A DNA stretch of 64,000 bases, taken from positions 62,001-126,000 of the forward strand of contig NIVC01000869.1 of assembly GCA_002269645.1 (NCBI GenBank), given 5' to 3'. The notes beneath the pieces are model-generated. The model saw only the letters and a list, made by a program, of their open reading frames with translations, made no database searches and had not been told where the DNA came from. A program made the position numbers and the translations under genes. Origin of the DNA: Macrostomum lignano (Eukaryota). Below, in pieces: positions 61,731 through 64,000 of this stretch. How positions within the stretch are numbered: position 1 is the first letter of the stretch; every line of letters starts with the position of its first letter.

Positions 61731-62836
61731 TAATTTTTTGTACCCAGCTGTCATACTTAAGGTTCTGGGTTTTCCCACGGGAATAGAGTAGTCAAGTGGT
61801 TACTTTACTTTATACTACTGATGGGAGGCACGTACAGGAGCCGCGAAAAGGGGCAGGACAAAACATATATATATATATATATATGTTTTAGTTCCCAGTT
61901 TTGCTTTAGTATTGCTTTGCCATTTCCATTTTTCCTATAGTTTTCAGTGCCATATCTGCTTTGCATAGTATTTTCCAATCTGCAAGTTTTTCTGTTTTTT
62001 CTTTTTTTGCCAGCATCATTTTGGCTCGTTTTTTACTGTTTTACATTTTCCCAGTGCCAGTAGCTGTACGCTTTTCATTGATTTTTTATGGTCTGCACTT
62101 CCTAAGTCCAGTGCAGTTCAAGTATCTGTTTCGGTCTGTTTTTGCTTGCGTATTTAAAAGTAGAAATTAAATGGGGAATATACAATAATTCTACAGACAA
62201 TATATTTGATCGGTGATGGGAACCTTAATCAAAAGTTCAAAAGGAAAATTTATAAGAATTTTCAAGTTCTAGCAATTTCAATTTGCAGGTTTCGATCGCC
62301 ATATTAAATTTCAGTAAAGATAAATAACCCAGTTGAAATCGTTTCTTTGCCATCAATAATAAATTCCGTCCGTTATCAGTCCGTCAACGGTATGTGTTTT
62401 CGATATATATTAAAAATGGTTTAAGTACCGTGTATTCCGTTTATTTTATAAATTAGGCAGATTCATAGCACGTTAAATTTAGTAACTATAAACAGTTTCA
62501 ATTTATAACAAAATGTTACTTAAAAACAAAAAAGATTTTAATGAATACTACTAACCAGTAGAAAGATAACTCTAACAAAACAAAAATTACAATTTTGTGA
62601 GTTAAATAAACAAACTGTTTGTCTTCGGTATTAATCATTGTCAAAATACCCTTCGAAAAAACAAACAGCATTCTTTCTTGAAATTCAGGGTTACTTGTGG
62701 TTTTAAGTCATACATGCGCAACCTCCAAAACTTGGTCGGCCATGCGACTTAGTTTTAACAAAAATGCGACGTAGTTTTTGGCCAAAAATGCGACTTACAT
62801 GTAATAAAAACCCTAAAGCAAAATTAACGCAACTTT

Positions 62837-62899
62837 GGGTAAACGGCAGGAGTACCTGTAACTGTCTTATTAGGTCAAAATGCCTCGTCAGCTACTTAG
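62837..62899 (+). other. 63-nt 28S rRNA-like fragment (diverged), copy 2
   Basis: GGGTAAACGGCAGGAGTACCTGTAACT...AAATGCCTCGTCAGCTACTTAG. About 49/63 ungapped matches by hand; same boundaries as copy 1. Confidence 0.75.
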
Positions 62900-64000
62900 T
62901 AATACTACTTGGGTATTTTTCGGGTGGGTATTTTTGCGACTTCCTTGATTGGCTGCCAAATCGGTCGGCCGGATCGGCCGACTCGGCCGACTGTTGCTCA
63001 TGTATGTTTTAAGTAGAAAAATTATTATATTATTCTTTTATCTTTAGATGTAAAGCATTATTTTCCATGCCACTGAACTTTTATTTTTTGTCAATTTTTT
63101 TACTTCTGTGTTTGAGATTTACCCACAGTATTCTTTGGGTTTAACTAGGAATAAATGATAGATTGCATCGTAATTTGTAACAGTTTGATAACTCTATAAT
63201 TAGAAGCAGGTGTATTTTTAAACTTTATTTAAGATTATACTCCTTAGCTGTTATAAAAATTTGCTTTAATTTATTCTAGGGCCCTATGTTATTTTGTTTA
63301 ACTTGGTTTCAATTCCAAGAAATTGATGAATTTGTCATATTCAAATGGTAAAGTCTTACAGATTGGACAAGTTGTCATCATCATATGATAATTTATAATA
63401 GGCCCTATGAAAATTTCAACCATACCCTACTACACTACTGCTGTAAACTATGCCAATATTAGGCTGATTTTATGCTACATATTATTTGCCAAAATCTCTA
63501 TATATTATCTATAATATAATTGGGAAAGTCATTTTGTCCAATCCTTTTATTTGCAATCAAATTGCTTAATTTGATAATTCAGTCATTGATTGTGGCAGTC
63601 AATTATTGTGAACCCTTCTTTGAATCATTATACAATCAGCAATAATAAATAGATCTATTCTTAAAAAATGTATAATATCCTATTATTAGTCAATTCTACC
63701 TGTCATATCCTACTATCCATTAACTATTAACTAAAATAATAAATAATAATAATAATAATAATAAATAATAAATAATAATATAATAAAAAGTATTTTCTAG
63801 AAAAATGTTGTATATCTTGCGTCTTGAATGGCTTACTTTCTTGATTCTAATGTGACATTATTGTATATCAATTTAAATCAATAATTAACAATGTTGAAGA
63901 TAATTTATCCATAAATTAGAGCTGCGAATTTTAAAGAAATCTGAATTTCTTATTAAGATATATAATTTAACCATTAATGCTTCTGTCTGAACTGAATAAG

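Noticed and set aside
62955-63000. GC hairpin as a Helitron 3' end
   Set aside because: No CTRR terminus at the expected distance on either strand.

Overview
Eukaryotic (metazoan) genomic DNA with GT-AG spliced, GC-rich exons, minisatellite-filled introns and AT-rich spacers. The style suggests a free-living flatworm such as Macrostomum, but this is inference only. I reconstructed five genes by hand from splice sites and intron phases: (1) a partial minus-strand KIAA1549/UPF0606-like single-pass membrane mucin (2179-16739) lying across a ~6.1 kb tandem duplication; (2) a two-exon rhodopsin-family peptide GPCR (26018-35377, +) with an 8 kb intron containing Crypton-type tyrosine-recombinase fragments; (3) an unassigned two-exon 173-aa gene (36299-37313, +); (4) a complete 8-exon gamma-COP gene (37951-45518, -, 871 aa); (5) a 3-exon SLC35C2-like transporter (50853-57856, -). 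Mobile elements: two tRNA-derived SINE copies, a hAT-type MITE (duplicated with the block), a TIR-complete but disrupted DD34D mariner, a second mariner remnant and a 150-bp foldback. The most unusual signals are: tandem arrays built from splice donors or branch-point/acceptor modules; two dispersed copies of the same 63-nt 28S rRNA segment (the R2/Pokey target region) with a scrambled core; and Crypton fragments in C-before-N order. All exon structures are hand predictions without transcript support.
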